IMG/VR virus record: IMGVR_UViG_3300042556_001362
DNA: 20,000 nucleotides
Origin: an uncultured virus (IMG/VR IMGVR_UViG_3300042556_001362)
Lineage: Duplodnaviria; Heunggongvirae; Uroviricota; Caudoviricetes
Strand: one strand, 5' to 3'
The translations under genes were made by a program, and so were the position numbers. A model generated the notes under the pieces. That model did not search any database, was not told where the DNA came from, and saw only the letters and a program-made list of their open reading frames with translations. Within the stretch, counting starts at the first letter, position 1. Every line of letters starts with the position of its first letter. Below are positions 16,912 through 20,000 of the stretch, piece by piece.

Positions 16912-17027
16912 GAGGATAGCGCCATACTAAAATGTTTTTTGCATACATCAACTATCTTATAGTCATATGGCTGTAGGTAAAGACTCTCTTCTTCACAAAA
17001 ATAGCACTTGTCAAATTTATTGGTCAT
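16908..17027 (-). CDS. Small zinc-finger-like protein (39 aa, CxxC...CxxH)
   Basis: MTNKFDKCYFCEEESLYLQPYDYKIVDVCKKHFSMALSS; leaderless, 6 nt after TGGTAAAAT. Confidence 0.65.
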   Translation of the reverse strand: MTNKFDKCYFCEEESLYLQPYDYKIVDVCKKHFSMALSS

Positions 17028-17061
17028 ATCTTTATTTTACCACATCATGTATAATCAATGT

Positions 17062-17259
17062 ATGGGTGATGACGCTAGGGTTTGGGATTTATTCAATGGT
17101 TCTGCCAGAACACCAGAGGAACTTGCCCAATACCGTCTCGAAATTTGTAGTGGGTGTGAATTCTATAGAAAACGTACAAACCAGTGTGTTAAGTGCGGAT
17201 GTTTTATGAAGTTGAAGACTACCCTTGAAAAGGCTAAATGTCCTATTGGGAAGTGGTAG
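17062..17259 (+). CDS. Small Cys-rich metal-binding protein, paralogue of 11041..11274
   Basis: RLEICSGCEF...QCVKCGCFMKLKTTLEKAKCPIGKW; start placed 6 nt after TATAAT (17050-17055). Confidence 0.8.
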   Translation: MGDDARVWDLFNGSARTPEELAQYRLEICSGCEFYRKRTNQCVKCGCFMKLKTTLEKAKCPIGKW

Positions 17260-17273
17260 TGTACAATAATTGT

Positions 17274-17993
17274 ATGTCTAAAGATATTAAATTTACTTCA
17301 CTATATGATAATGTAATGGAAATGTTTTATCCAAAACCTGCATCTGAATATATTCCAGATTGGTATAAAAATCAACCATCATATACAAATAATAAAAGAA
17401 ATATTAACGATAGTGGAAAAGTCAATGCTACAATAAAAAAATGCATTCCAGTTTTTGATGCAATTACTGCTGGATATATTATTGTTACCTGTATGGATAT
17501 AGAGATTATAAAAAAGGAAAAATTTTCAGATTATAAGTGGGCATATAAGTTTAATAGCCCTTTTGGAAAAGTTGATCCAGTAGTGTTTCATAATCCAGAA
17601 CAAGCGGATAAACACCCATCATTTAAAGATTTCTCAAGCCCCCCTAAATTTATAAATCCATGGTCTATACAAACACCAAAGGGCTATTCTACTTTATTTG
17701 TAGCCCCAATGCACAGAGACTCACCTTTTGAAATACTGCCTGGAATTGTAGATACTGATATGCATTTTTCAGAAGTTAACTTTCCATTTTCTTTAAAAGA
17801 TCCAAATTGGTCAGGAATAATCCCAGCAGGAACACCTATTGCCCAAGTAATACCTTTTAAAAGGGATTCTTGGAAAAAAAATATTGGTGGCAAAAAAGAA
17901 CAAGAAAGAACAGTAAGGTCAAATCAAACAATACTTTTATTTTTTTCAAATGCATATAAAAAATTGTTTTGGAGTAAAAAAATTTTTAAATAA
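17274..17993 (+). CDS. Conserved phage protein (DUF6065-like), paralogue of 1..706
   Basis: IPDWYKN...TIKKCIPVFDAITAGY...NPWSIQTPKGYSTLF..P...GIVDTD...NFPF...IPAGTPIAQVIPFKRDSW; start 6 nt after TACAAT. Confidence 0.85.
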   Translation: MSKDIKFTSLYDNVMEMFYPKPASEYIPDWYKNQPSYTNNKRNINDSGKVNATIKKCIPVFDAITAGYIIVTCMDIEIIKKEKFSDYKWAYKFNSPFGKVDPVVFHNPEQADKHPSFKDFSSPPKFINPWSIQTPKGYSTLFVAPMHRDSPFEILPGIVDTDMHFSEVNFPFSLKDPNWSGIIPAGTPIAQVIPFKRDSWKKNIGGKKEQERTVRSNQTILLFFSNAYKKLFWSKKIFK

Positions 17994-18021
17994 GTATAGA
18001 AGTCTTATATCTAAATAATGG

Positions 18022-18147
18022 CTATTTTTTAAAATATTTGGTAATTATTACTATACCCGCCACAATTGCAATAATTAACAAACTCCTGCTTAAGTGACTG
18101 TAATCTCCCCAACACTCACTAGCCCCTGTATAACAGTTACTCTTCAA
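18022..18147 (-). CDS. Possible tiny membrane protein (41 aa)
   Basis: TTG start; MKSNCYTGASECWGDYSHLSRSLLIIAIVAGIVIITKYFKK with a clear TM segment. Start uncertain. Confidence 0.4.
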   Translation of the reverse strand: MKSNCYTGASECWGDYSHLSRSLLIIAIVAGIVIITKYFKK

Positions 18148-18343
18148 ATGAGGTTTGTGTTTCTAGTAGATCGTTTACTGGTTTGCATGAACAATGGTCA
18201 CAAACCTCTTCTTCAAAAACCTTTAATGCCAAACCATTGTTTATAACTTTTTCGTTATTAGAATGTGGGTCATAGCCTTTAGGGGTTTGTCTATGCCAAG
18301 GTTCTGGATAGGAAGGGTTGTCGATATTATCTAAGATAGCCAT
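18137..18343 (-). CDS. Small hypothetical protein (CxxCxC)
   Basis: MAILDNIDN...EEEVCDHCSCK; leaderless, 6 nt after TATAAT. Confidence 0.65.
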   Translation of the reverse strand: MAILDNIDNPSYPEPWHRQTPKGYDPHSNNEKVINNGLALKVFEEEVCDHCSCKPVNDLLETQTSFEE

Positions 18344-18357
18344 GTGATCATTATATA

Positions 18358-18516
18358 CTATATTGTCCACCAGAGGTTGGTGTTATAGAAGAAGCCTACC
18401 TTTTGTCTATACTGAAAGTAGCCCTTGTTTATGTTATCCCAATTAGGGTCATTGGTATCCAAACCACAATACCCGCACAAACCAGGACCTGTGTATTTAT
18501 ATACGTGTTGGCACAT
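18358..18516 (-). CDS. Small zinc-finger-like protein (CxH...CxxC)
   Basis: MCQHVYKYTGPGLCGYCG...; leaderless, 6 nt after GGGTATAAT. Confidence 0.65.
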   Translation of the reverse strand: MCQHVYKYTGPGLCGYCGLDTNDPNWDNINKGYFQYRQKVGFFYNTNLWWTI

Positions 18517-18627
18517 ATTTCTATTATACCCTGCCAAATCTGAAAAAATTTTTATTTTCATAAAATCTGAATATTTTTCTCAGATGTATGATACATGTTT
18601 AAAAAAAATAAAATATAAAAAATTAGT

Positions 18628-18654
18628 GAGCACACTACTCTGGGTAGTGCGCCC
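18628..18654 (-). terminator. Intrinsic terminator-like hairpin ending the leftward small-ORF operon
   Basis: GGGCGCACTAC-CCAGA-GTAGTGTGCTC (two G-U pairs favour the minus strand), followed by ACTAATTTTTT. Confidence 0.6.
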
Positions 18655-18730
18655 TGTCATAGTCTGCAAGGCTGCCACCATTGTCTAGGTGCGCCTTGCG
18701 TCTTAGTTGTTCAGCAGAATACTCAGCCAC
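18635..18730 (-). CDS. Tiny hypothetical protein (31 aa)
   Basis: GTG start after AGGAG; MAEYSAEQLRRKAHLDNGGSLADYDRAHYPE. Confidence 0.6.
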   Translation of the reverse strand: MAEYSAEQLRRKAHLDNGGSLADYDRAHYPE

Positions 18731-18868
18731 TTATCTATCTCTCCTAATTAATTTAACTGAATAGATAAATGCGATAGTGCCAACCAATAACCATGTAGGT
18801 ATATTGATTTGCAATCCTATGCTGTCAGCATATAGACCGAATGAATTTAAATCTAGGTATAGTTCCAT
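18731..18868 (-). CDS. Small membrane protein (45 aa)
   Basis: GAGGAGG RBS; MELYLDLNSFGLYADSIGLQINIPTWLLVGTIAFIYSVKLIRRDR. Confidence 0.65.
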   Translation of the reverse strand: MELYLDLNSFGLYADSIGLQINIPTWLLVGTIAFIYSVKLIRRDR

Positions 18869-18870
18869 AA

Positions 18871-19026
18871 CTACTTAACCTCCTCATCTAAATTGTATTG
18901 AGCAGAAAGGTAAGCGTTAGCCTGACTTAATGCGTCAAGCAAGGACTTATCCTCTCTATCGTAGCGAGCCTGTTGGGCTTTTCTGATATCCGCAATAAGG
19001 TTATTGTTAGGGTTATTCTTTATCAT
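18871..19026 (-). CDS. Small hypothetical protein (51 aa)
   Basis: GAAAGGA RBS; MIKNNPNNNLIADIRKAQQARYDREDKSLLDALSQANAYLSAQYNLDEEVK. Confidence 0.7.
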   Translation of the reverse strand: MIKNNPNNNLIADIRKAQQARYDREDKSLLDALSQANAYLSAQYNLDEEVK

Positions 19027-19068
19027 TTTAGTTTATCCTTTCGTTAGATAACTTTCTTTATACCTGCA

Positions 19069-19093
19069 ATTCTAGCAGGGGGGTCTGACATTT
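19069..19093 (-). promoter_or_regulatory. Promoter AAATGTCAG-N7-TGCTAGAAT (leftward)
   Basis: Same motif and spacing as 19413-19437 on the other strand. Confidence 0.7.
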
Positions 19094-19118
19094 TGGGGGC
19101 TTTATTCGCTAGGCTCAT

Positions 19119-19134
19119 TGTGATTTGTATCACA
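19119..19134. promoter_or_regulatory. CRP/GlxR-type binding site
   Basis: Perfect TGTGA-TTTGTA-TCACA. Confidence 0.65.
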
Positions 19135-19310
19135 CTTATTTGCTAGGCTCAAGCCTTGTTTTCTATATTTATTTATAGGAGAATACTATCAGATAAAAGT
19201 CAAAAAGTCAAGACGACACGCCGTTAATAACACGCATGTAATTAGTGATTTATACCACATCAGACACACCCGAAAGCGCCGGCATCCGACACGCCCGACC
19301 TCGTGATCCG

Positions 19311-19361
19311 TTATCCACATGACGCAGATCACACTACCATTTCACGCTCAAGTTATCCACA
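19311..19361 (+). promoter_or_regulatory. Two consensus DnaA boxes, 42 bp apart
   Basis: TTATCCACA at 19311-19319 and 19353-19361. Confidence 0.7.
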
Positions 19362-19412
19362 TGACCTACATCACAAGACACAATGTCCGTTTTGTCCTAC
19401 CTACTGGTCAGT

Positions 19413-19437
19413 AAATGTCAGTGGTCTATGTTAGAAT
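19413..19437 (+). promoter_or_regulatory. Promoter AAATGTCAG-N7-TGTTAGAAT (rightward)
   Basis: Precedes TAACGAAAGGA RBS and ATG 19491. Confidence 0.7.
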
Positions 19438-19490
19438 ACTAAGTATAAAGATTGAACAATAAGTAAATCTCTTAACGAAAGGAATTCAAA

Positions 19491-19664
19491 ATGAATTCAC
19501 TACTAAATAAAGTGTGTAAGCATACACCTAATAAAAATGCTATCTCTATCGTCAATGACGAAAGATTTACCTTCTGCGAGAATTGTGAGCAGAATATAAC
19601 TTCTCACTATCGTGAGGATAATGACTTCATGTCTTATTGGACTTCATGGAAGGTAGGTAAGTAA
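19491..19664 (+). CDS. Small zinc-finger-like protein (57 aa, CxH...CxxC)
   Basis: MNSLLNKVCKHTPNKNAISIVNDERFTFCENCEQNITSHYREDNDFMSYWTSWKVGK; GAAAGGA RBS. Confidence 0.72.
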   Translation: MNSLLNKVCKHTPNKNAISIVNDERFTFCENCEQNITSHYREDNDFMSYWTSWKVGK

Positions 19665-19778
19665 ATGATAAAAAAACTTTGTGAAATTTGTTATACAAAT
19701 ACCGCTTACACTTCTAAGCATGGTATCCCTGCTATGTGCGATGAATGTATCGTGCTAAATTGGAAGGTGGCTAAATGA
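19665..19778 (+). CDS. Tiny zinc-finger protein (37 aa, CxxC...CxxC)
   Basis: MIKKLCEICYTNTAYTSKHGIPAMCDECIVLNWKVAK; abuts the previous stop. Confidence 0.68.
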   Translation: MIKKLCEICYTNTAYTSKHGIPAMCDECIVLNWKVAK

Positions 19779-19876
19779 ATACCATAACACTTAATTGTCG
19801 CTTATGCGATAATAAAATCTCTAGCGATTTATTTGATGAGCAAGATATAATTACTTGCTCAAATTGTTGGGAATAA
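19775..19876 (+). CDS. Tiny zinc-finger protein (33 aa, CxxC...CxxC)
   Basis: MNTITLNCRLCDNKISSDLFDEQDIITCSNCWE; ATGA overlap. Confidence 0.68.
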   Translation: MNTITLNCRLCDNKISSDLFDEQDIITCSNCWE

Positions 19877-19877
19877 A

Positions 19878-20000
19878 ATGTTTAACAAAATAAAAAATAA
19901 AGTAATTAGAATTCAAGAGTTGCGCCGTAGTAATGCGGCAACTCCAATTCCAAATAAAAAAAAATATTCTAGAAAAATAAAACATAAAAATAAATTGCAA
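19878..20000 (+). CDS. Small highly basic protein, partial (ELRRSNAA...KKKYSRKxKHK)
   Basis: MFNKIKNKVIRIQELRRSNAATPIPNKKKYSRKIKHKNKLQ, open to the window end. Confidence 0.68.
   Translation, partial: MFNKIKNKVIRIQELRRSNAATPIPNKKKYSRKIKHKNKLQ

Noticed and set aside
16716..17209. Plus-strand ORFs 16716..16913 and 16967..17209
   Set aside because: They overlap a chain of ATGA-coupled minus-strand small genes and the Cys-rich gene, which have better starts and motifs.
19402..19413. Palindrome TACTG-GT-CAGTA as a LexA box
   Set aside because: Does not match CTGT-N8-ACAG or actinobacterial CGAAC-N4-GTTCG. Single copy; may be an operator but cannot be assigned.

Overview
AT-rich fragment of a large tailed dsDNA bacteriophage. 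The host is most likely a (freshwater-type) actinobacterium, inferred from many leaderless genes and from CRP/GlxR-, WhiA- and DnaA-like sites. Positions 1-15540 are mostly a minus-strand block of tail-fibre/baseplate-like genes, interrupted by a plus-strand secreted lysozyme-like gene. The block contains two parallel cassettes of the form [fibre with a shared C-terminal domain] -> [FN3 protein with a PPFFP-initiated Pro-rich heptad tail] -> [2OG-Fe(II) oxygenase plus accessory genes]. One cassette ends in a Gnt1/GT60-like GlcNAc transferase, which suggests a phage-encoded proline hydroxylation/O-glycosylation system for virion proteins. Positions 15700-18560 hold small accessory genes (JmjC oxygenase, Cys-rich proteins). 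Positions 18630-20000 hold two divergent operons of tiny ORFs around a ~460-bp control region with twin AAATGTCAG-N7-TGnTAGAAT promoters, two perfect DnaA boxes, CRP-like palindromes and GACAC motifs. All family assignments come from motif recognition by eye; no database search was run.
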